In this document: piece by piece, positions 1 through 12,465 of the stretch
Layout of the letters: each line of letters starts with the position of its first letter
How positions within the stretch are numbered: the first letter of the stretch is position 1
Source: Octopus sinensis
Lineage: Eukaryota
DNA: 64,000 bases
Assembly (NCBI RefSeq): GCF_006345805.1
Contig: NC_043022.1
Location: 24,738,001 to 24,802,000, forward strand
Reading direction: 5' to 3'
Program-made: the position numbers and the translations under genes
Notes under the pieces: model-generated
Seen by the model: the letters and a program-made list of their open reading frames with translations, nothing else
What the model was told of the DNA's origin: nothing
Database searches by the model: none

Positions 1-635
1 TATATCTGCCTTTAGTTTTAACAGGAAATCAAGCTTACACACACAACCGAATCAGACTCACACACTCTTCTCTCTCATACACACACACACAGACAATGTG
101 TGTCTATATAATTTTTTTTTAAGTAAGGTAGGAGGTTGACTCCATTGAAAAACATCATCATCACCATTATTGTTGTTGGTATTATTTTTATTTATTGTTA
201 TCGTTATTAACTAATCGCATTAGTATGACTGTTTTGTAAAGGTAATAATAATAATAATCCAAATACAAACATCCATACTAACACACACGTACACACTCAG
301 GCATGTTTAAGAAATAGACACCTTTTGTATTTATACATACATACATAATACAAATCTGTATATCTGAGCGTGCATGTGTTTTATTTATACACACCCACAC
401 GTGTGTGTGTATGTGAGTTGGGTGGGTGTTAGCGCAATAAGCAGTTAATATTTCCAGTTCAGGTGCACTCCTTTACGGGTGAATCAACCTTGTTGCTTTT
501 TGTTTTCAGGGTATGACATTCAGGTCCCCAGCCTCCCCCACAGAATAATCTGGAAAGTTAGCTGTTGGCAGGATTTGTAGCTGGGCCCCTGATTAAATTA
601 TAATTGAATGTAGATGAGAGACAAGCAGGTAAACA

Positions 636-668
636 GAAAGACAGACAGACAGACAGACAGACATACAT

Positions 669-709
<41 letters not shown>

Positions 710-772
710 GACAGAGTTAGAGAGAGACAGACAGACAGAGACAGATAGATAGAGACAGACAGACAGACAGAC

Positions 773-814
<42 letters not shown>

Positions 815-821
815 GATGGAT

Positions 822-862
<41 letters not shown>

Positions 863-865
863 GGC

Positions 866-908
<43 letters not shown>

Positions 909-972
909 GATAGATAGACAGGTATGTAGGTAGGTAGGTAGATAGGTAGGTAGGTAGATAGATAAGATGGAT

Positions 973-1026
<54 letters not shown>

Positions 1027-1152
1027 TAGATAGATAGATAGATAGATAGATAATTAGATAGATAGATAATAGATAGATAGATAGATAGATCGATAGATAG
1101 ATAGATAGATAGATAGATATCATCATAGATAGATAGATAGATAGATAGATAG

Positions 1153-1217
<65 letters not shown>

Positions 1218-1346
1218 GGCTAGATAGATAGATAGATATATAGATAGATAGATAGATGGCTAGATAGATAGATAGATAGATAGATGATAGATAGATAGAT
1301 AGATAGATAGATAGAGATAGATATATAGATAGATAGATAGATAGAT

Positions 1347-1387
<41 letters not shown>

Positions 1388-1480
1388 GATAGATAGATAG
1401 ATAGATAGATAGATCGATAGACTGACAAATAGAGAGACAGATAGATAAATAAAACAAGACATAGATTGATTAGAGATGTA
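636..1480 (+). repeat. (GATA)n/(GACA)n satellite
   Basis: About 850 bp of tetranucleotide repeat. Confidence 0.95.
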
Positions 1481-2224
1481 GAGATAGCTAAATAGACAGA
1501 TATAGAGATAACTAGATAGAGACAAACAAACAGATATAACACAACAGATATTCACAGTTAGACAGACAAGTGAAAGAGAGATAAAGATCGACAGCTAGAT
1601 AAGCAGACAGATGGTTGGTTACAGAGCAGAAATAAAGAAGAGGCTTGATTGATAGTCTATGTCTATATTGATTTAAGTCAGCCCAGCGATAGTCCACCAT
1701 TGGATGGTAGTGGTTGGTGAAAGCTATTCACTATATTTAATCGCTGGCTGGCTGGCTGGTTAGTTAGTTGGACGTGCTTAGCTAGCTGTGCTGTGTGCGT
1801 GTAAAAGGGAAAAAAGACTAGCTGCTCTCTAACTGAAAAAGCAAAGGGGCCTCAATAATAAAAATGACACAGCTTTCACAGGTCGCAGGCTCCAACACTA
1901 TGCCACTCCACTCCAGCAAACTTCATCACACAATAAATTTAAGCGGTGGTGGTAGGAGTAGATTGCGAGAAAGAGAGGCGGAGGCAGGGAGGAAATAGGA
2001 AACGTGAGGAAATGAAATTCATCACTGCTAGGGTAAGTTGCTACCACATGGCCGCGGTCCAACGACTGAAACCAGAAATTCTTTTATCTCTTGTTTCAGG
2101 CATTCGACTACGGCCATGATGGGGCACCACCTCGAAAGGTTAAATATATAATTATAATAATGAGCTGGCTGTATAGTGTTCAGGTGCACTACAATAACAC
2201 ACATACATACAAATATAAGCATGC

Positions 2225-2259
<35 letters not shown>

Positions 2260-2620
2260 ATATATATAATATATATATATATATACTCACATACAGACAC
2301 ATATATATATATATATACACACATACAAATATATGTGATGTGTGTGTCTTTATCATACACTAGTCGTTTGACTGCGGCCAGGCTGGGGCATTGCCTTGAA
2401 GAATTTTAGTCGAACGAATCAACCCTTGCACACACTATATATATATATATAAATTTTTCCCGTAATATATACACGCGCTGTTATAAGACCTAAGTTGGAC
2501 CCCTTATTCGCATAATCGCCGAACCTGGAACTTAACTATGGTCTATCCATAGCACTTAGTCAGCATTACCTGACACCTTTGGGTCTCACTGACACCATTA
2601 CCTCTCACAACCTCTCTCCC

Positions 2621-2683
<63 letters not shown>

Positions 2684-2909
2684 GTGTGTGTATATATATA
2701 TATGTGTGTGTATATATATATATGTGTGTGTATATATATATATGTGTGTGTGTATATATATATGCATGCAAACCAGCTAAATGCTTTTTCGTTTTTCAGT
2801 ACAGCTTTTATTTATTCATTCACTCGATGTTCTGAGTTCAAATCACAGAGAGGTCGGACACGGCCATTTCACTCTTTTGGAATCGATAAAGTGTGTGTGT
2901 ATGTGTAAT

Positions 2910-3259
2910 CTTTTATCTTATCTTTGACTTTGTTACATCACTTCTCTGCGGCCATGCTGGAGCAACGAATTAACAAATCGACCCCCAGTAATTATTTTAA
3001 AGCCTCGTACTTACTTATTCCATCGATCTCCTTCTTTTGGAGGACGCAAACAAACAAACACCGGTCGTCAAGCTGTGAGTGAAGTGGACAAACAAACACA
3101 CACGACGGGTTCCTTTCAGTTTCTGTCCACCGAATCTTCTCACAAAGCTTTGGTCAACCCGGGGCCATAGGAGAAGACAACTTGTCCACGGTACCGCGCA
3201 GTGGGACCGAACCCGAGACCACATGGTTGGGAAGCAAACTTCTTAACCACAGCCACACA
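2910..3259 (-). mobile_element. SINE-A, diverged
   Basis: Reverse-complement homology to 4515-4912. Confidence 0.65.
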
Positions 3260-4460
3260 CATACGCATACTTATAGATCACGTTCAAGCACGAGGATCGA
3301 TATAAATCGACTGCACCCCACGCCCCGCCCCGCCTCTCCTGACACATTTCTCTGGCCCTTGTGTATGTGTGCGCTACAAATGACACCATTTTATTACTCT
3401 TAACATTCTGAATTTAAATTCAGCCGTGATCATCGTTACCTTTTAAGCCTTCCGGGTTCGATAAAATAAAGTAGCAGTCATTAACTGAGGTCGATGTTAT
3501 CGATAAACCCTCAGAACTGCTGCACTTGTACCAAAATTAGCTATCATCATCATCATTGCCATAATCTTTGTACACTCCTAAATGTTTTGCCTTTGTGTTA
3601 CCTCCTTGACAAATATTTTTTTAAAAATCATCTTTATATTATTATCATTATTTTTCTTTATCAATGAACTGAGTTCAAATACTAGCCAGATCGATTTTGT
3701 CTTTCATCCTTCCGGGGGTCGATAAAATAAAGTATCTCCTAAGTACTGGAAGGATCGATATATCGATTTTACCGACCTGGGTAGTGGGTGGATGGGCAGG
3801 TGTAAGGGAGGGAATGTGTGGCCTCGCGCCTGTGTTACAAATCATTATCATTAAAATATAAAACAAAACTTATTATTATTATTATCATTATTATTATTAT
3901 TGACTGGATTGACAAAATCGACAGACCTAAGATCAGAAAGAATTCCTTTGAGCTATTCAGTTACGTTCTGAGTTCAAATCTAACCAAGGTTTAAAGATCG
4001 ATAAAATAAGGTACCAGTCATATATTGAGGTCGCTCAAATCGATTAACTCCTCACTGCAACCGAAATACGAGGTCTTGTTCCTTGAGCTCGACAGAATCA
4101 TTACAAAGTCTGTCCTGATTGAGTAGGCTCGTAATCAGAGACATTCTAGCCGTGACCATTTCACTGTATATAGTCAGGAACAGTGTACTTATAAGATTAC
4201 ATAATTTAATAGGTTTTTTTTTAATAAGACGATAGAATGTGATTTAAATGAGGTTTAAATTTAGTTAATATTTCAACCAGGTTAACAACTACATCGTGAC
4301 TCCTTCGCTGGCTCAGGGCTGTAAGTTGTCGTTGGTATGTGTGTGTGTAAATACACACACACGTATATATAAGAGAGAGAGAGAGGGGGGGAGATATATA
4401 CACACACACGTGTATATTATATGCCTGTAGTATATAATTATGTGCATATATATGTATTTA

Positions 4461-4514
<54 letters not shown>

Positions 4515-4516
<2 letters not shown>

Positions 4517-4912
4517 CGCAGGAGTGGCTGTGTGATAAGTAGCTTGTTTACCAACCACATGGTTCCGGGTTCAGTCCCACGGCGTGGCACCTTGGGCAAG
4601 TGTCTTCTACTATAGCCTCGGGCCAACCAAAGCCTTGAGTGGATTTGGTAGACGGAAACTGAAAAGAAGCCCGTCGTATATATGTCTATGTGTGTATGTC
4701 TGTGTTTGTCCTCCCAACATCGCTTGACAACCGGTGCTGGTGTGTTTACGTCCCGTAACTTAGCGGTTCGGCAAAAGAGACCGATATAAGTACTGGGCTT
4801 ACAAATAAGTACTGGGCTTACAAAGAATAAGTTCTGGGGTCGATTTGCTCGACTAAAGGCGGTGCTGCAGCATGGCCGCAGTCAAATGACTGAAACAAGT
4901 AAAAGAACAAAG
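4515..4912 (+). mobile_element. tRNA-headed SINE family A, full length
   Basis: ggcgcaggagtggctgtgtg (box A-like)...ggttcagtccc (box B-like), an internal (TA/TG)n, and tail ggcggtgctgcagcatggccgcagtcaaatgactgaaacaagtaaaaga. Contains a 19-bp internal tandem duplication at 4786-4823. Confidence 0.85.
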
Positions 4913-5519
4913 ATATATATACATACACACACACACACGCGATGTAACCAGGCAGCCAGCAAAGAGCAGCGACCGGGCAGGGGGGAAAGGGGCGGGGAGA
5001 AGAGTTGTGCGCCATTATTCTTATGCGCTGGTGAGAGAGGGAGGAAGGAAAATGTTGTGGAATGAATAAATAAATAGAATGAGCTATTCCAGAATGGAAG
5101 AACAGCCGAGAAGTGTCTAGCTTAGCTTGTCTTGGAAACAGGCAGTACTATTAGTATCGAGCAACAAGAACAGTAGTAGTAGTAGCAGCAGCAGCAGCAA
5201 ATAAATACAGAAGCTTAATGTATGGAGTGGCGCGGCTGGCAGAGTGCACCACCAACCAGTGGCAGAGAGAGACAGAGAGACAGACAGAGAGAGGGTGGCT
5301 TGCTGGAAAAGAGGGAGCAAACCAGAAGAAATTCTGATGTAGTTACATCATTTTTGCCAAGGTTGAGCCAACACTAGCACCGCCATGCAGTGAAAAGAGG
5401 CGGTGGAGTGTGGCGTGGCTTATCTTAGGCAAGGGATTCGCCTCGGCTTCAAGCAGGAAGGAAAATTCACTCACATAAACACACAAGTATGTGTGTGCAT
5501 ACATGTATATATGTAGGTA

Positions 5520-5780
<261 letters not shown>

Positions 5781-6502
5781 ACAAACACGTATACACAAGC
5801 GCACGATATTTTACGGGCTGCAACGTACATTTCGCTGATATTATTATAGCTCAAGCTATTATAATACAGCGAAATAGTCTAAAGCCCGTTATATATATAT
5901 ATATAGTTTGTAATATAAATCTACTCTACTTACCAAATTTATTGAGTCTTTCCTTGAATTGCAGATACTTATGCATACAATTAGCTCTATCACAAACGCA
6001 TACTCGTATATAGTATTTGTTGCTGTTTAAGTCCTAGGTTCAGCGGAATTCGAGCCTTGACAATCCTGCCTTACTGTATGTATATCTTTGATTACCAGGT
6101 ACTCTTACCAATTACAGCTCCGATCGGTCCCAAGCGAGCAGACTGATCTATGGTGAAATGTACTCTAGCTGCTTTTTTTGTTTTTTTATATATATACAGA
6201 AAACAGTTCGTTTAAGCCAACGGTATCTTGTGTGCCTTAAAAATGAAAATAAAAACGTGATTTCGTGGAAATTTGACTGCTATTCCTAACAAGTCGTGTG
6301 ATTTGTTAGATCCTTCTTCGATGGCATATTCTTCAAGTCGGGTGTGATTTGAATGAAGTTTGACTGTTTTCCGTGTAGGTGAGTACCAGAAGAGATTGTA
6401 CTTTTAGTGGGAAGAGTTAAAAGGGCAAGGTAAGGTACTTATACAAATTATATTGACCAAAATTCTTCGTACTCCTTTCTCCATCTACTATCTTTTACTT
6501 GT

Positions 6503-6680
6503 GTCTGGGGAATGTCATTCTCTTTTAGTGCCTTATTATTTAACACACTCACCGGTAAAATTTCCACTTATTTCTTATAATAAGGCACTAAAAGAGAATG
6601 ACTCTCCCCAGACACAACAGAATATGCTTCAACACACGAACTCGTATAAAGAATCTTGCAAACCAAATCCAAAAACGAAA
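6503..6680 (+). mobile_element. Fold-back element family J, copy 1, with 14-bp target-site duplication
   Basis: Arms 6499-6539 and 6577-6617, with extension to 6680. TATCTTTTACTTGT occurs at 6489-6502 and 6681-6694. Confidence 0.7.
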
Positions 6681-8200
6681 TATCTTTTACTTGTTTAACT
6701 CATTAGACTGCGGCCATGCTGGAACTCTGGAAAGGTTTTAGTCGAATGAATTGACCCCTGTGCTTATTTTTAAGCTTGACGAACTGCTATCTTAAAGGGA
6801 CGTAAACAAATCAATACCAGTTAAGCGGTGGTGTGGGACAAACACGCGCACACGTATATATCTTACACACACAAGGTTTCTTTCAGTTTCCACCAACCAA
6901 ATCCACTCTCAAGGCTTTGGTCCGTTTGGGTCTGTAGAAGAACCAACGATGATGGAAAACTTTGAAAAGATATGCTAATGAGGTATAATAAGACTGAAAC
7001 ATCTCTAAAGCTATATCACGCTACTAACAAGCATCACATTTTTCACTGTTAGCATGAAAATTCAACTTCCTGTAAAATTGATTAATTTCTTCTAATTATC
7101 TGCCCTTTTACTGCGAGATTTGCTAACAACGGTTCTTTGGCAGAGTTCTTGGTTCTCTTTCTCCAATTAAGAGACAAATTTTCTTTTATTTAGAAGTTTT
7201 GCCTATATCATTCAGTACATCACTACCTAGCCTATAGTAGAATACATTTACCCAAAGTGCCATACAGTGGGATTGAACCCGGAACAATGTGGTTAGAAAA
7301 CAACCTTCTTACCACACATCCACGCCTGCGCCTACAATTTAATATTTTAATACTATTCCTAATAAAATTTTAATTATAGAATAATAGATTTTTTTTAACA
7401 TCAAATAGCTATGGAGGTCCAGTAGAGTAAAATAGGAATCAAAGTGGTCCATAGGCAAAAATGGTTGGAAACCATTGTCCAAGCGTAGCTTGGAAGTTTT
7501 GCAAATGAACACAGTTGGTGTGGAGGTCATCGACGGTGGTCAAACGACTCAGTGCCACTGGAATGTCGATAAAAGAAATGTGAAATAGACTGTTTAGTCG
7601 GTCCCTTTTTTTCCCCTTTCTTCTTCTAGAGGAGAGGAGGGGTTACTTCTACAGCCATCGACATCAAATGAAACCAACTCGAGACACAAACCAAAGAAGG
7701 CGGTAAATAAAACCATCATATTCGGGTATCTTTGTTTCCTTTCAAAACCATTGTTTCCTTTTCAGCGAGGATACTTCACATCCCATCTCCAGCGGTCATA
7801 TTCTGAACACATCACTCAAAACATCACACACACGCACGCTCACAGCTTCTCCCTCATCCACGAGAAAAAAAAAAAAAAAACTACACATGACAGCCTCGCC
7901 ACTCCGCCGCCAATATACATACCTGACTGCTGGTTACTTACTTTTTTACACAAAGCAAGCCCACCACAAACACACACGCATACACAAGACACACAATGTG
8001 GATATTTCTTTTTATCTTTCCTGCAAATGAATTCTCAGACAGTCTCCGTAAGAGCGGGGAAAGAAAGAGAGAGAGAGATGATCGATGTTGTGAGATTCAT
8101 TCTGTTCCCCGAAACAGTATCACGTGTTTCGCAAGTGAACACAATAAGTACATAGACATACTAGCTATCATAGATGTAAGTTTATACATACATACACATA

Positions 8201-8234
<34 letters not shown>

Positions 8235-8276
8235 TAATATATATATTATATATATTGTCCGAAGTCAGGACGCCAT

Positions 8277-8462
8277 GATAGATCGTTAGCTCCTAAACGC
8301 ATTTTTTTCTCTCCTTGTTTTTTTTGTGTCCCTTTCTGTTGAAGAGCGTAGGCTCGAACGTAAAAGACTTTTTCTATTCCTGAGCGCTACACTAATACAT
8401 TTGTTTGTTTGTACTCCACCTGCCTTCGTCTTTTGTTTATTTTCGTAAACTTTCCCTTTATA
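8277..8462 (+). mobile_element. Repeat family H (Penelope-like terminal fragment with minimal hammerhead-like motif at 8332-8366)
   Basis: Homologous to 42945-43110, 10440-10600 (minus), 28320-28500 and 51225-51365 (minus). Confidence 0.55.
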
Positions 8463-8490
8463 TTTATATATATATATAATATATATTACA

Positions 8491-8717
8491 TATTTCTTTA
8501 CTACCCACAAGAGGTTAAACAGAGGGGACAAACAAGGACAGACACACGGATTAAGTCGATTACATCGACGTGCGTTACTGGTACTTAATTTATCAACCCC
8601 CCGAAAGGATGAAAGGCAAAGTCGACCTCGGCGGAATTTGAACTCAGAACGTAGCGACAGACGAAATGCCGCTAAGCATTTCGCCCGGCGTGCTAACGTT
8701 TCTGCCAGCTCGCCGCC
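8491..8717 (-). mobile_element. tRNA-headed SINE family B, full length
   Basis: ggcggcgagctggcagaaacgttagcacgccgggcg...gagttcaaattccgccgaggtcgactttgcctttcatcctttcgggg...tagtaaagaaata. Confidence 0.85.
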
Positions 8718-8935
8718 TTTCATATATAATATATATATATATATTATATACACACACGCATACATACATTCCTATTAGTATCCCTATCATCATCGTCGTT
8801 CGCTTTCCAAGCTGGTACAAGTCATATGTGAGTGCGTATTCAAATTGTGTTTGTGCGTGTGTATTATACAGATCGTCTAATAATCCATGTCACAAAAAAA
8901 GTATATTTACACACGTGTGTGTGTGTGAGCGTGTA

Positions 8936-8976
<41 letters not shown>

Positions 8977-8984
8977 CAATATAT

Positions 8985-9540
8985 AAGCAATTAGCAACGA
9001 ATTGCCTTACCGCACACCGAATTATTCACACTTTGAATTTGGTGATACTAGTTGTGGCTTCTAGCTCGCTCTGATACTGAGTTGAGTTGGTGCCTTCTAG
9101 TATCTCAAAATTCAATATACAATCATTCATTATTGTTTGTATCCTGCGCTGATGAGAGAAGAAGTTTGGGTAAGGTAGAATTATCTAATTCTTATGCTTT
9201 CCTAAGACTTGATTTCGAAACGTACGTCCGTAGGTGACTTAAAACTGTATGATAGATTGCCGTCAATTTATTCTCTCTTACCTGTTTGTGTTTGCCTTTC
9301 AAATGCTGTGTTTTTACTGAGATCTCCCTTTTAGTAAAGAAATAGCTATAATCTCTTTGACTGCTATTTCTAAATTCGGTGTGCGGTAAGGCAATTCGTT
9401 GCTAAACCCTTAATTGCTTAGTATTACTACTTAAATTTTCCTCGAATGAGGCTTTTACATGCCGAAGACTACTTGGTGTAATTGATAATTATTCCAATTA
9501 ATTAATTTCACCCTTCATTTTTACTTATATCTATATATTA
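8985..9540 (+). mobile_element. Fold-back element family I containing the 9143 hammerhead
   Basis: Perfect 33-bp inverted repeat at 8991-9023 and 9373-9405. The 3' part is homologous to 44400-44535 and 57388-57615 (reverse). Preceded by (TA)n. Confidence 0.6.
9143..9234 (+). ncRNA. Type I hammerhead ribozyme fold with 61-nt stem II
   Basis: Stem I is cctgcg/cgtagg (6 bp). Core CTGATGA at 9149-9155. Stem II 9156-9216 gives about 24 pairs and is closed by G-C. GAAA at 9217-9220, stem III palindrome ACGTACGT, and GTC cleavage triplet ending at 9228. Confidence 0.8.
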
Positions 9541-9544
9541 CTAT

Positions 9545-9727
9545 ATTAATTTTAGAAGGAGCTTCTACAGGACTAGAACTGTTTCATTCAATGAAATCAT
9601 CAGGAAGCTCCTGATGATTTCATTGAATGAACAGTTCTAGTCCTGTAAATTCCTTCTATAAAATAAATTAATTTACTCTGCTATGTATTGAGTACCTTAT
9701 TTACTGTGGTTAACCCCGCACTCAACC
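9545..9727. mobile_element. Fold-back element family L (about 53-bp arms, 3-nt loop, 3' extension)
   Basis: 9553-9605 is the reverse complement of 9609-9658, with loop AGC. The right arm extends to a (TA)n tract. Confidence 0.7.
9558..9611 (-). ncRNA. Type I hammerhead ribozyme fold in the left arm of a fold-back
   Basis: Minus strand reads ggagcttc CTGATGA tttcattgaat GAAA cag-ttctagtc-ctg TA gaagctcc. This gives an 8-bp stem I, a short stem II with U.U closing, a 4-bp stem III and a GUA triplet. Confidence 0.7.
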
Positions 9728-9733
9728 CGGGAC

Positions 9734-9772
<39 letters not shown>

Positions 9773-10393
9773 TAGTCTAAATGAATGTTAAGAAGCAGTG
9801 ATTGAGTTTCAGCCGTGAAACTTACAACTGTCACTTAACATTGTAAAAAGTGTGTTTATTATATATATATATATCTATATATATAGATATATTATATAAT
9901 ATATACACTCATACAACATACACACACAAGTATATGTATTTACATGTGTATACATATATATGACGTAAGTGCATATATAAAAAATGTATCAACCTAATTG
10001 ATATAACACGCCAAAACTTATAAATAACTGTCACTATTCATAATATAAAAGAGTGTGTGTATATGTGTAAGTAAGGGTGCGCGTGTAAAGCTGTATATAC
10101 GAATACTAATACTGACTAACTGCTTTCCGCGGTCGCTGACCTGAACAAGTAAAAAGAACAAAAAAAATACTCCATTTCTTTCAAAATACCTCCACTTCTT
10201 TTTTCCGAATGTAGCCTTCACCTAAATTTTTTCTCTCTCTCTCCAACCACTTTTCTGTCTGCTATCTCTACCACACCCATAACTACAAGCAATTCTTTGC
10301 CAATCCAGAATGTTCCCAGATACTCACTCATAGACCATACCCACCTCACGAAAAAGAAAAAAAAACAATAAAAAACACTTTTTACATACATAC

Positions 10394-10432
<39 letters not shown>

Positions 10433-10439
10433 GTTTCAA

Positions 10440-10600
10440 TTGTACAGAAAACAAGAAACAAAGATACGTGAGTGAACAACAAACAGGTATATCAAAACAG
10501 TTTGATGCTTAGGAAGAATGGAAAAGTCTTTGACGTTTCAAGCCTATGCTCTTCGACAGAAAGGGATAAGGGGGGGAATGGAGAATGAGAGAAAAAATGT
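10440..10600 (-). mobile_element. Repeat family H copy
   Basis: Minus strand reads ctttCTGTCGAagagcataggcttGAAACGTCaaag at 10528-10563. Confidence 0.5.
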
Positions 10601-10803
10601 CTGGATTACTATAAGAAAGAGGCTGAATGAAGGAGATATAACAGCAACCCGGTTGAACTGGGGTACACAAGTGTGTGTACATATAAAAGGAGGCAAGCGT
10701 GTATACACGCATGTGGGCAAGCTTAAATTTATGTCAGCCTGTGTGTATGTGTATAAGAAAATCAGTGTATGCGTGTGTGTGTATGTATAGATATGTGTGT
10801 GAG

Positions 10804-10843
<40 letters not shown>

Positions 10844-10844
10844 G

Positions 10845-11050
10845 TTTGTATGTCTGTTTGTCCCCCCAACACCGCTTGACAACCAATGCTGGTGTGTTTA
10901 CGTCCCCGTAACTTAGCAGTTCGGCAAAAGAGACCGATAGAATAAGTACTAGGCTTCCAAAGAATAAGTCCTGGGGTCGATTTGCTCGACTAAAGGCGGT
11001 GCTCCAGCATGGCCACAGTCAAACGACTGAAACGAGTAAAAGAGTAAAGA
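10845..11050 (+). mobile_element. SINE-A 3' half
   Basis: gtttgtccccccaac...gactgaaacgagtaaaagag. Confidence 0.8.
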
Positions 11051-11641
11051 GCAGGTAAACTGACATCTCACTGCCCAAAGTAGACTTCAAATGTAACTAG
11101 TAGCAACTTCTCTTGAAAATCAACAAAATTTGTTATTATGGTGTTATCAAGTACCTGCAGGAAAAGGGTTTAGCCCCAAGGGGGCTGACATGGTTGCAAC
11201 ATTAGGGGATGACACTCCAGTATATGTGTATTTGACCACAGTCTCAGTTCTAATCCCAAGTCTTGCAAGTAAAATTCACTTGACAACTGGTGTTGGTTTA
11301 TTTATGTCACTGTAACTTAGGCTATAAAAGACAGTTGCCCCAGATGCCACACAGTGGGACTGAACCAGGAACCATGTGGTTACGAAGAAAGCTTCTTACC
11401 CCACAGCAATGCCTCTGCCTATATATATATATATATATATGTGCATAACACATGTATATTTTCCAGTTAAATCTCCATCTGCTGCCCTGGAGCTCCTGAT
11501 TACCCTTATATCTAGTCTGTGCTATGCCATCTGTATAACAGAAGATAGTTTTCAATCTTTCCATATACAATACCCACTACCATTACTCTCTCTACCCCAT
11601 GTCACTTTTTATTGACATTATCACCTACATCTCTCCTTGAA

Positions 11642-11678
<37 letters not shown>

Positions 11679-12465
11679 AATCCCTTCTCTGTCATCCATG
11701 TCAATATTCATCACTTCCATTACTCCCTCTGCTATCACCTTGTCCAACCCCTATCACTTCCTCTTCCTCCCATCCTATCACTTGGGCTGTTTTCCTTGAT
11801 TCAACTTCCACACCAACAACCAAGATGTAACTGCCTATCACCGTCTTTCTTTCTTCCATTGTGTTTCATACTCCTTTTCCTTTCCCACACTCATTTTGGT
11901 TCCCTCCCTATCACTGCTCTTCTTTCCACCCTTTTGGTAAACATTTGCCTTGTTGTACTAAGACAATGTTGAGTAGAGAGCTGACTTTAGTCTTGCAGCA
12001 AAGAAGGCAACATCCCTAGTACTGGCACTTTAATAAAATGCACCCAAAACAATGTGTAAAGCGATTAACAGAGGCATCACACAGTTAGAGAAGGACACTT
12101 CAGTTGTGTCAAGGAAATGATAATACCTAGTACACTCCAAGGTCCTTATTTTAAGAAGGTTATCCTGTTGAAGAAACCGCACCAAACAATTGAAAATGAA
12201 GTGTTTTTGCCTATTTAGAAAGGCAATAAGAAATTTGTACAGTGGCAAACCTTGAACACATGCCTGCATGGAAAGCAGATGTGCGTGTGTGTTGTGTGTG
12301 TGTGTAATTGATCTCAAATAATTAAGAGGACCACTGTCCAATAAAGCATGCACAGTACTTATTTTTAAATATCAACATTACACCAAATTTTGAAGATGTA
12401 TTAGAAAACACTAAATGAAGTAACGTTTATACGCACGCACACACACAAAATGCATGTATATATAC

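Noticed and set aside
490-590. Plus-strand acceptor-like site followed by a short ORF
   Set aside because: A stop follows within about 12 codons, and there is no donor or homology.
593-1555. ORFs of repeated YLSI
   Set aside because: Translations of (TATC)n, which lacks stops in these frames. No coding signal.
4515-4590. SINE heads as tRNA genes
   Set aside because: They have box A/B-like motifs but no proper cloverleaf, and they continue into repeat bodies.
4870-4906. SINE-A tail (stem-loop + GAAAC-aa-GTA) resembling the 3' half of a hammerhead
   Set aside because: No CUGANGA upstream. Better explained as a LINE recognition stem-loop.
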